Shown: positions 53,651 through 64,000 of the stretch, piece by piece
Numbering within the stretch: the first letter of the stretch is position 1
Layout of the letters: the number at the start of each line of letters is the position of its first letter
NCBI GenBank assembly: GCA_051294375.1
Contig: CM119266.1
Span: 14,001,614-14,065,613 of the forward strand
Length of the DNA: 64,000 bases
Reading direction: 5' to 3'
Origin: Paraspadella gotoi
Taxonomy: Eukaryota; Animalia; Chaetognatha
The notes under the pieces: model-generated
Told to the model about the DNA's origin: nothing
What the model saw: only the letters and a program-made list of their open reading frames with translations
Database searches by the model: none
Translations under genes and position numbers: made by a program

Positions 53651-56600
53651 CGAAAGAGATGATCGCGGACAAGAACGCGTGCGAAGCGAGATCGCGAAAC
53701 GAGAAATCACTCAATCGGTGCATGAGACTCGTCTTAAGAAGAGTTGCGCGGCTCAATTCAGATTCACAATACAACGAAATTTTCTGAAATGAACTCCATG
53801 TTCAACTCTTTACGGAAGGCATACTCAAGTCTTGAGATTATAATTACGTGTATTCAAAAACTAGCTACGTATTTTTATAAAACATTGTCGACCGGCCGGA
53901 GCGGTAAGAATTCTCACAAACTTGTTAGGCGGTTTTCCTCTCTTCAAAGCACATTAACTCGAAAGAGTAATATTTTAGGTTAATTTTTCGAGGAATTTCG
54001 AATATCGGCCAGTATTCGGACCATGGCACAGCGCGTTGCGCCTAACGGCTCTCTGGGAGTCAAAAATAACCGCGGGAGAGAAGGAGTCGCGACAAAGAGA
54101 GCGAGAGAGAACAGAGAGCACAGAGAGGAGATAAGAGAAAGATAAAGAGAGAGAAAGAGATAGAGAAAGAAGAAAGAGAGGACGAGAGAGAGAGGAGAGA
54201 CGAGATCCGAGGACGAGGGCCAGGAGTGATGCGAGACTGGATCGTAAGTGGTTTGGCAGAGAGGAGACCCGCGACGAGGAGAGAGAGAGACGAGAGATGA
54301 AATGAAGTGTTAAACTTCTCCGGTTCTGAGTCGCTCCTGTTTGCCCTTCTTTACTTTCAGATTCTTCTACCTCTTTATATGTGCGCTCGTTGTGCTGATT
54401 CTGGGCAAGAGAGAGACCCAATGATGGAGTTCGAAGAACGACTCTACAGTTCAAGAGGTAGTATCGCGACTGTAGCTCACGTGGTCGACAAGGTTCTTCC
54501 AGATGGCAATTTAGAAAAGGTGGATGGTGGAGGCGGCGAGAGTTCCTGCATTGTTTTGATCGAGAGTGGCAAGTTTTATCGACAGGTAGGCGTGGTGAGG
54601 ACGCAGAGGGGTCGGGGGGCTGGTCTTTGCATCGCTAGACGATCTTGAGTCTCGTGCTCGGCTGAGAGGCTTTAGTAGGAAAAAGGCTTATGTTGGTCGG
54701 GGTCTTAATTCTGTCTCAATAGCACAATAAATTACTAATAATACTGATATATTTTAATATATTTTTTATGCTGGACACTCGAGTTTGAGGAGAGTAATAA
54801 ACATCACTTTATAATATTTTAGAAATAAGATATACAGCCAATGTGTTAATAATTAACGAGACCGTAATATGCAAATATAATTAGTTTTATGATCGTGATA
54901 ATAAATATATAGTTTAGATTAAGGACTGTTGGCAGCAGATAGTTTTAGTTCTAACATTCTCGAGAATGGAGTTATCCTCAATTGATTGAGAAGCGAGAGT
55001 GAGATCAGTAATTAGCGGCCAAGCAGCTTTTATAATAGAAAGCTCAAGACTCGCCGTACGAACGGCTAACCGGACTGGGATAATGACGACTGGGTGACGA
55101 ACCTGTGACGAACTGCCGAAGAATGGACGCCAGCGAAAGGATTATATTAACCCTATATTTAACTCCGGAATTGAAATCGTAACGTGATTGGGACACCAAC
55201 GAAGGGCGGGGTGAAAATATCTGGAGAAACCATTCTTTTACACAGATTATTAAAATTGCCCATTCGTGAAGTTTCTCTCATATATTCGTAAAAATTTGCG
55301 TAATTTTTCAGATAAAAATAATAACTTACTTTTTCGCCAACTGGAATAATAATTTTCTAACCAACGTACCGTCACATCTTTCAAACGGGTTCGCAAATCG
55401 CGATGAAAGAACCAATCATGGACTGTGGTCGGTTTTCCGCCGAGCATCTACCTTTTACATCGGGGCCGGAGGAAGGAATTCGTATTCTACATCGAGAAAA
55501 TATCGCCCTTGATCGGTTAAGAAGACTTGACGATCAAAAAGACTTCGAGCTAAAGAAGGAAGGAAGGCTAAGGTTAAGAAAAAATGCATGGATTTTTCTC
55601 TAACTTATCGAACTTTTGGATTAATGAGCGGTCGCTTCACACAAATTCTACTGTCGTCGTCGTCCGTCCAGTCGTCAGCCTCGATATCGGATTTTTTTAA
55701 AATGGAAGCCTTTGAAACCAAGATTGGGCGGTCTCATTTGAGGATGGTTATTGTTCCTGCCATTTCTGTTCATGTGTGGAAGATGGCTCAGGCGGAATGG
55801 GATGGATGGCTCTGAGTTGGGGAGCAGCGGTAGCTTTGACGGCCCGAGCTTATAATTGTTATAATTCAAGTTAATCATTTATAACAATTATCCAAATCAG
55901 TTTAAATTAAAAACTATCTTGCCCACGAACATTGGACAAGCTAACATGTGGGTTCATAGGACACCTCCGTGACTCCTGTGTTAACAATGATAATTTAATA
56001 GATTTAAGATACTAACTCGTGAGTATAGCATAGGGCTTACTCAATCAAGTACTACTACTGCACAGTCTAAGTCCTCAGTTTATTGTGAATTCACGCGAGT
56101 AGGTACGTTCGGCATTGCCCCTTCTACAGTCAGAGAAAATTGGACGATTTTATATTAATTTTCAATGTAATTGTTTCTATTTGTTTAGATATCATTAATT
56201 AAATTTTATTGCTTAGTCATGATTTGTTAAATATATGAAGACAAACAATAACAAAGCTATGAAAAAGCAATAACGCAAGTGATTACACACTTCCGCCTTC
56301 GGCTATCATCAGCCACCTAACTTGACGTCGACAGTCGACGCGGTGAGCGAAGTGTTGCGCAACAATTGTGCTCTAACGCAGGTGCACAGTAAATGTGTGC
56401 ACACCCTTACGTTGCACTGTTGCATATATACTGTTTCTGACGTGGTTAAAATTGCCCTTAAAGGATCTATTGGTCTTTCGATTTGCCTACAACGTCGTCG
56501 TCCTCTACGTCGTCGTTCGTCGTCCTCGTCGTCGTCGTCGTTTCGTTCTACTCTCCATCGCATCAATATTTGGTTACTATCGAAAGCGGCTCGATTTTTA

Positions 56601-57101
56601 TGCTTTTAAGATTTTTTTTATTAGTTTCTCTTTTTGATGATTTATATTTATGCATGTATATATGTTGATTGTAGTTTTTTATTTCTATTATTAGCATTGT
56701 TGTGGTGCCTCTGCCCTATTTTATAGTCTCTTGTTAATTAGTTCATAACTTATTATTATTTGATTTTGTTGAATTTTAGTAGTTTAGTTTAGTGTCACTG
56801 TTTTTCATCATGTTAATATTTTTTGGTATTAATAAAAAATATATATATTACGAGAGAATTGGATTTAATTGATTAGTCATTTACCAAATCATTTTTTTTA
56901 AAATCAAGTCAGTTTAACTCTTATCAGCAAAAAAACGCCTTCAAAATGTTATCAAACACATGATCAAAATCAGAGTAAAAAATTGAGGGGCGGCCAAGTT
57001 TCACTCGTTATCTCCTTTTTCCTTCAAACCTGAATGTATAGTTTAATTCAATTATTCTGTCAAAATAAGAAATATTTACCGAATTTACAATTGCGTCAAG
57101 A

Positions 57102-58955
57102 ATGTTTTCTCATCGTTTCTTTTCCTACTGGTTCGACAAAAGAGACGAAGATGGCGACCTTGCCTTTACTTCAAATTCGAAAAACGCTAAAACGAGCGTT
57201 CTTTGTCATCGGTTCATCGTCGAGCCGTTTGCCGCCGTCATGGCTTCATCGCGATCAGCCGATTCTCCCCAGGGATTCGAGAGTTCCGAGACGTTTGTCC
57301 TCGAAGGGGCCACGGCCGACGACCTCAAGCGCCTCGTCGATTTCTTCTACAATCGAGGGTTGCCTTTGGAAAACGCGAGTCACGAATCGGTTGAAAGGCT
57401 GGTTAAATTTTCCAAGCTTTTGCAAGCTCCACTCCTTCTTCAAATTTGTCAAGAATGGAAAAGTCGAAACATAGTGCCCGATCAAGTCTGGGAAATACTA
57501 GGAGATGCGTTGGAGGACAAAGATCGCGATACGGAAAATAAATGTTTGCAGTTGTTAAGCATCCTGCCTCAGCAGTTTGATCCCAATGAGGAAAGGATGA
57601 AGAACATTAAGGAGGCCGCTGTCCTGGAAATCTTAAAACAGAATCGACTTCCAATTACCGAAATGAAGCTTTTTCTTTTCATCAAGAGTTACTTCAACGC
57701 GCGGAAAAATTTGAAAGATGAAGTAAAAGAAGAATTGCTGAGACGCATTCGATTTCCCACGATGGCGAAAGAGTTTTTGGCGACAACCGTTAAAAATTCT
57801 GGCCTTCTCAAAACCGATGACTACTTGACCCTCTGCGAAATATTAGCAGGGGTGGCCTCTCACTCCGAAGCTTCTAGATTTTGTTCCATGAAAAGGGAAA
57901 AAACGCCAACAGTAACTTTGATTACCGAATCAGGAGACAAATTCATAGTTGGATATCAGCCCAAGGAAAGCTTCGCTCATTTGAAACAAAAGTTAAAATT
58001 GTATTTTAAACAAGAGACCATGATATCCTTTCAGGACAAAAATGAAGTAGATATAAAAAATTCCACCGAGATTAAAAAGTATTCAAAAGCTCCAGTGAGA
58101 ATCGTAAGAAATCTCCTTCTTCATTTTGTACTAGACGGACACGAAAAAATATCAATTCCAGTTGTAAACAATGAAAACTTTGCAACTATAAAAACCAAAC
58201 TACTGCTGCATCTCGGAAACCCAACCCTCGAGCTAAAAATGATTTTTGGCATGATTTCGTTAAGGGATGAAGATACTCCGAAAAGCGCCGGAGTTTTAGA
58301 TGGAGAAGAAATTACGCTTTTGCAAATAAGTACATGCACTCCGTCTTATCACGTTGAGGATCCTTTCGATTTAATGTCTCATCTCCGGGGAGCCGAAGGA
58401 GGGAAAACGACTAAAGATCAGTTAATTAATTTTTTCGAAGACGATGTCGATGCTTTGCCCGAAGTTTCACCGCGACCATCGTCAATCGGTGACAAAGAGC
58501 GTCAGCCAGATTTTCAAAGGATCACAGTCTTTAACAATATGAGTCAAAGTTCTTCGAAAAACTCCAGGCAAACCTGCAAGCACGCGTTGCGGGGAGAAGA
58601 TTGGGTTTCGGGAGAAAAAACTAATCCGACCCAACCCGAGTGGATCGAGTTCTTCTTCACTAAAGCCAAAGTCGTGAAAAGAATCATTTTCCAAATCGGC
58701 TCTAGCCCCACGGAAGCTCCTGAAAAAGTGGAAATATTTGGAGGAATGACGAAAAAAAAGGAGAAAACCAAACTGCTCGAAGTGGATGGAATCATTTCGA
58801 AAAATGAGGATAAGATTTTACATGCCATCGACATTCCAAATTCGAAAGCTTTTAATCGTTATACTATTAAAATCTGCATGACTTATGGGCAGAGTATTGG
58901 CAGTAAAATGCCTTACGTCACGGTGATCAAAGATCTCCAAGTGTATGGCTATTAG
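57102..58955 (+). CDS. BTB/POZ-BACK protein with tandem ubiquitin-like/SUMO-like domains and a C-terminal F5/8C (discoidin/galactose-binding-like) domain; BTBD9-like layout
   Basis: 617-aa uninterrupted ORF with an in-frame stop at 57066 upstream. BTB motifs: GDLAF, CHRFIV, LKRLVDFFY, LLQICQEW. BACK motifs: ITEMKLFLFIKSY, LLRRIRFPTM. Ubl-like segments at about 57906-58107 and 58113-58325 (IFGMISLRDEDTPKSAGVLDGEEI). C-terminal beta-sandwich motifs: WVS...PEWIEFFF...VKRIIF...FNRYTIKI...IKDLQVYG. Confidence 0.88.
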   Translation: MFSHRFFSYWFDKRDEDGDLAFTSNSKNAKTSVLCHRFIVEPFAAVMASSRSADSPQGFESSETFVLEGATADDLKRLVDFFYNRGLPLENASHESVERLVKFSKLLQAPLLLQICQEWKSRNIVPDQVWEILGDALEDKDRDTENKCLQLLSILPQQFDPNEERMKNIKEAAVLEILKQNRLPITEMKLFLFIKSYFNARKNLKDEVKEELLRRIRFPTMAKEFLATTVKNSGLLKTDDYLTLCEILAGVASHSEASRFCSMKREKTPTVTLITESGDKFIVGYQPKESFAHLKQKLKLYFKQETMISFQDKNEVDIKNSTEIKKYSKAPVRIVRNLLLHFVLDGHEKISIPVVNNENFATIKTKLLLHLGNPTLELKMIFGMISLRDEDTPKSAGVLDGEEITLLQISTCTPSYHVEDPFDLMSHLRGAEGGKTTKDQLINFFEDDVDALPEVSPRPSSIGDKERQPDFQRITVFNNMSQSSSKNSRQTCKHALRGEDWVSGEKTNPTQPEWIEFFFTKAKVVKRIIFQIGSSPTEAPEKVEIFGGMTKKKEKTKLLEVDGIISKNEDKILHAIDIPNSKAFNRYTIKICMTYGQSIGSKMPYVTVIKDLQVYGY

Positions 58956-60177
58956 ATCAACACAAATGCGGCGGCAACAACAACGACAACGACCTCTTCA
59001 CATAAAGAAAAAGTGATGAAAAAGTTCTAATTTTTTATACTAATGTTGTAAGTCGGTTTAATGTATGTCTTTTAGAGAATAGTGTAATTTTTTAACCAAA
59101 AGGGATTTCCGTAAAACTGCAAATCACTTTTCTATAATACCATTAAATTGTGTACGCAAAGGTAGATTGAGAATTTTGGCCGCCGTCTGTAAAAATTATT
59201 TCATGTTTATATACAGTGCTGTTCAATGGCTAAGGCCTGTTTAATAAAAAGCTTACTTAACTCTCTAAAACTTGCAATTTATTATCATAGCAATAAGCGC
59301 AACACGATATGGACCCATTTCATAGGATATACCTAAATTTAAAAAATTTAACCAAGCAAACTCATGTAGTTATTACATAAAGTAATTGCTAAAAAAAAAT
59401 TTTGAGATTTTTAAAAAATATGTATAAAATTATATATTTNNNNNNNNNNNNNNNNNNNNNNNNNCAATGTTTTATTACTTGAAAACTTGTAGCAATAACT
59501 TAGCTAAAGTGAACGCTTCTTTGATGATGGGAGTGACTGATGATGATTGGTGATCGCGAATGGAAATGAATGATGATTTCTATAAGGTTTGCGCTAATTT
59601 TAACCCACTTATCAATGGCAAAGCATATTTGAAAAAAGATTATACATTTGTGTAAACAACTTTTCCTATAGCTATCCTGAAATCTTTGTTTTTGAAAATA
59701 CAAAAATGGTCAAAAAAAACTTTTTTTGAACAATATCCTATCTATAAACAAATATAGCAAAAAATAATTACTAGATGTTAGTACTTCTAGGCCATTTTAG
59801 AAAATTTTGGTCCATTGAAAGTTATCTCCAAAATGTATTAAGTTTTCATTGTGGGAACGTTCGCGCATAATCAAAATATACTGACCCACCCGCATTTGAA
59901 ACAGATTGGCCCTACTATAGGATTAAAATATCTTTAATCGTTGCTCTCTAAGTGCAAATAAGAGCAAGAGAGAGAGAGAGCTCGAGAGTAAATGAAAAGA
60001 TTAGTTAAGATGATCTTATTAAAAAGGATATGCACTTTTGCAATTATAAAAGCTCTGTAAAGCTGAAAAAATTTTAGGTTAGTTTCTGCAGCTGTCCTGC
60101 ATCTAAAAGGGAAAGCGATTGTAAAAGATTATTTCATAAAATATTACAAAAAAATGTTAATTTAAATAATCAAAAAT

Positions 60178-61695
60178 GATATAATTTTTATACATATTTT
60201 TTAAAAAGTATCAAAAAATATTTTTTGTAGGCAATTATTTTAATGAGAATTGGTACGAACGCAATATAAAGAATTATCCATTGCAATTTTAATATATACA
60301 CGCTATCTCGTTGCCCCTGGACTTTGGACAGGCTTTGGACATGAGTTTAGCTTGGTTACATTTTTTTTTAAATTTAGGTTATCGCTATGAAATGGGTCCA
60401 TTCGTGTGCGCTTTATTGCATGATAATAAAGTTGCAAGTTTTAGGAGTTAAGTAGAGCTTTTTTATTAAACAGGCTGTAGCGCATTGGAACAGCACTGTA
60501 ATAAGACATGAAGATATTTATTACAGAGGCGGGCCAAAATCTCAATCACCTTTGCGTACACAATTTAATGGTTTATAGAAAAGTGATGCATTTTAGGAAA
60601 TCCCTATGTAAAAAATTACAAGCCTCATTCTGCAAAAGGACATACATTAAAGGCTGACTTACATGAACAATTAGTATAGAAGGAATCTAGAACTTTTTCA
60701 TCACTTTGTTGCTTTAGATATGTGAAGAGGTCGTTGTCGTTGTTGTTGCCGATTGCCGATCGCGCAATTTGTGTTGATCTAATAGCCATACTACTTGGAG
60801 ATCTTTGATCGCTACCGGTGGACGTAAGGCCATTTTACTGCCAATCGACCTTCTGCCCATACAGAGTCCATGCTGCAGATTTGTAATAGTAGTATACGAT
60901 TTTAAAAGCTTGGTCGAATTTATGGAATGTCGATGCATGTAAAATCTTATGCACTCATTTTTCAGAATGATTTCCATGCCATTTTGCGAGCAGTTTTTGG
61001 ACTTTTCACCATTTTTTTATCCCGTTCATTCCTTAGCCAAATATTTTCCACTTTTTTTCAGGAGCTTCGCTTGGGGCTAAGACGGCCGATTTGGAAATGT
61101 ATGTCTTTTTGTCACGACTTTGGCTTTACTCGAAGATAAGAAGCTCGTAGTTCCATGGATCTCGGGTTGGGATCCGGGATTAGTTTTTTCTGGCGAGTGT
61201 ACCATAATAATAAACTCGAAATCCCAATCTTCTCAGCCGCACGCGTGCTTGCAGTTTTGCTCTCTGGAGTTTTTTCGAAGAATCGTTTTAGACCATCATG
61301 TGTTAATGACTGCTGAGTGAATAGTTCTTTGAAAATCTGGCTGACGGTAGCTCTTTGTCCACCGATTGAAGTGCGATGGTCGTTTCAGGACGGCGAAACT
61401 ATCCGGTTGCCTTGTCGGTGCATCGACATCGTCTCGAAAATTGAATTAAAGGCATGATCTTTAGTCGTTTTTCCGGCTCTTCGGCTCCGGAGATGAGACA
61501 TTAATCGAAAGGCATCCTCAAGCGTGATAGAAGACGGCCAGGTGCATTGTACTTCATTTGCAAAAAGCGTAATTTTCTTCTTTCATCTAAAACGTCCGGC
61601 GCTATGTTGCGGGAGTATCTTTCAATTCCCTTAAAACGAAATGCATGCCAAATGCGGAACGAGTCAATTTTAGCTGCGAGGGTTTGGGTCTTCCT
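60178..61695 (-). pseudogene. Noisy inverted partial copy of the BTB gene 3' half and its 3' flank (58215-59437)
   Basis: Reverse complement with indels (IGSKM...IKDLQV remnant in ORF 60714-60977). Lies just after the 25-N gap at 59440-59464; likely an artefact. Confidence 0.75.
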
Positions 61696-63576
61696 GGTTT
61701 TAAAAGTTTTACTTACATTTTTTGCTTAATCTTTTTAGCTCTATCAAAATCAATTAAAAAGACTTAAAATATAAAAACAATTTTTTAACATTATAATGTT
61801 AAAAAATTGTTCAGATAAAATCATCGAAAGATGATGATGATGATGATGATTTTTTATAGTTTTTCTTATTTTTGACACACTTATCATAAAAATATTTAAA
61901 AAAGAATAATACTTTGTGTAGACAACTTTTTATGAGCTATCTGAATCTGGTCTTAAAATTTAAAAATTCCAAAAAATATTTTGGCCTTTCTTATCTATAA
62001 ATAAATATTAAAAAAATACTTACTAGCCCTATTAGAAATTTTTTGTCCATTGAAAGTATTCTTAAAAATGTCTAAATATTCGTTTGAGCATGTACTCCCT
62101 CTAAATTTTTGACTCACCCCATTGAGTTGGGCTACACCTACTAGAAGCATTAGTTTTAAATATTTTTTATAATTACCTACTTTTTTTCAAGACTGGTTAG
62201 TTAATTTATAAATTTGAAATAAACTGTTATCAAATTAGATAGCTTACTTACAATTATAATGCAACTTTTGATACAATGGCTTTTTCAACACTTTTAGTCT
62301 TGTGATTCACCAATTTTCCATATTGCTTTCTAAATTTAATCAAATCGACGAAAAATGTTGTTGCTATTACTTGTAGCTTTTAGGTAATTATAATTAATGC
62401 AAAAAAAATTATTTAGAGCAATTCGAAAACATGAAAACACGAGTTTAACTCATCATTCTTGTTTTAAAACAGAATGGGGCAAAGTTATTCTGCCCGTCTG
62501 TCTGTTGTAAGTTGACATAGTAGATTTAAGGGTAACATTTTTTCGTCCATTCGGAAAATTTGAAGGGTGAACTGAGATGATTGTGAGATGATGATGACGA
62601 TGAGGATTAGAATGACGTAGGCAATTACGACGAATCGACGACGACGACAACGACGACGACGACGACACAGTTACCCCTGACTCTCCTCCCCCCCCTCTCG
62701 TTTTGCCCCGAGGCCTCCCGTGTGCCCCTCGAATGAGTTGGATCGTAACCGATTGTAAGGTTTGTAACGAATCATTGTAAAAACCGGATGAGGGCTTCCT
62801 TCGTCCCCTCNNNNNNNNNNNNNNNNNNNNNNNNNNNNNNNNNNNNNNNNNNNNNNNNNNNNNNNNNNNNNNNNNNNNNNNNNNNNNNNNNNNNNNNNNN
62901 NNNNNNNNNNNNNNNNNNNNNNNNNNNNNNNNNNNNNNNNNNNNNNNNNNNNNNNNNNNNNNNNNNNNNNNNNNNNNNNNNNNNNNNNNNNNNNNNNNNN
63001 NNNNNNNNNNNNNNNNNNNNNNNNNNNNNNNNNNNNNNNNNNNNNNNNNNNNNNNNNNNNNNNNNNNNNNNNNNNNNNNNNNNNNNNNNNNNNNNNNNNN
63101 NNNNNNNNNNNNNNNNNNNNNNNNNNNNNNNNTTTTATCGCTGTCCGAAAAAAAAAGGTTTTTCCGGCTTCTTTTCGACGTTTTTCCGAAGACTCGGTCG
63201 AATTAAAGAGGAAGTTCGCGATTCCCTTTTTTTTCCTCTTCGATTTCTCTTCTGCTGCCGGAAATAAGACTCGAAGGAGGGCGCTTCTGTTAGTCGAAAG
63301 GCGAAACGATTACATTTCGAAAGTCGTAATTAATGTTAATAGTTCTGTTGTACAAGGAAATAACGTGTCGTTGCTCGTTTGTTAGACTCCGTAAGAAGAA
63401 TTATTGGCTCGTTGAACTTTCGCTTGTATTTTCGAACTTTTGGCTACAACTCGGACGATCGTAATGCGAAGGAAAGGGGATCGAGCACGATCGCGGATCG
63501 ATTAGTGTAACAGTTATATCAACTTTCGCTCTTTCTTTGTCTACTTCTCTCACGTTTTCTTTATTTTCTAACGTCT

Positions 63577-63608
<32 letters not shown>

Positions 63609-64000
63609 CTCTCTCTCGTCTGCTCTCTCAATGCTCCTCTCTCTCTCTACGTCGTACATCTCATCTCTCTCTCTCTCTCTTCTTTAATTTTCAGGCAGTG
63701 AAAATTGTAGGTCAATGCCAGAATTAAAAACGATAAATTATCAACTTTTTCCTGGGTTTTTTTTTTCTTCTTCTTAAGTTTTATTTCCTCAATTTTTTTT
63801 CCTTTCCGTCTTCACTTCCAAACTTTTCTTCGAAAAACCCATCGCCCGCGCGGGGAAAAAAAAGTTTCTTTCTTAATTGTTATTTCTTTCCGGCAAAACC
63901 TTTTCCTTTCTTCTTTTTTTTGTTTTGAGGGGGGGGACTCCCGCTCGCAATCTTATCTTTTTTCCTTCAAAAAATATCTTAAGATTCGTGCGTGTGTACA

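Noticed and set aside
53214-53792. 192-aa ORF and neighbouring ORFs at 52.9-55.9 kb
   Set aside because: They lie in or beside an extremely noisy copy of sulfotransferase exon 3 and low-quality read sequence; no domain signal.

Overview
AT-rich eukaryotic (probably invertebrate) genomic DNA, rich in (AG)n, (GAC)n and (AAAG)n microsatellites; no prokaryotic features were seen. Two protein-coding genes are well supported. One is a three-exon, membrane-anchored P-loop sulfotransferase-like gene (18015-20038, +). The other is an intronless 617-aa ORF (57102-58955, +) with an unusual architecture: BTB, BACK, a ubiquitin-like domain, a SUMO/Rad60-SLD-like domain and a C-terminal F5/8C (discoidin/galactose-binding)-like domain. 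This protein is the most interesting biological item in the window. Tentative chains of small exons suggest a minus-strand gene (about 8.1-17.3 kb) and a plus-strand gene (about 6.2-7.35 kb), with purine-rich acceptors and some candidate non-GT donors. About half the window (24-54 kb and 60.2-61.7 kb) consists of inverted and direct copies of neighbouring sequence. These copies carry long-read-type indel noise and are joined at 25-N gaps, so they are most likely gap-filling or chimeric-read artefacts. Small elements include a GC-rich multi-hairpin island (3.83-4.13 kb), MITE-like foldbacks and a Helentron/HINE-like terminus. All calls were made by eye; no database search was run.
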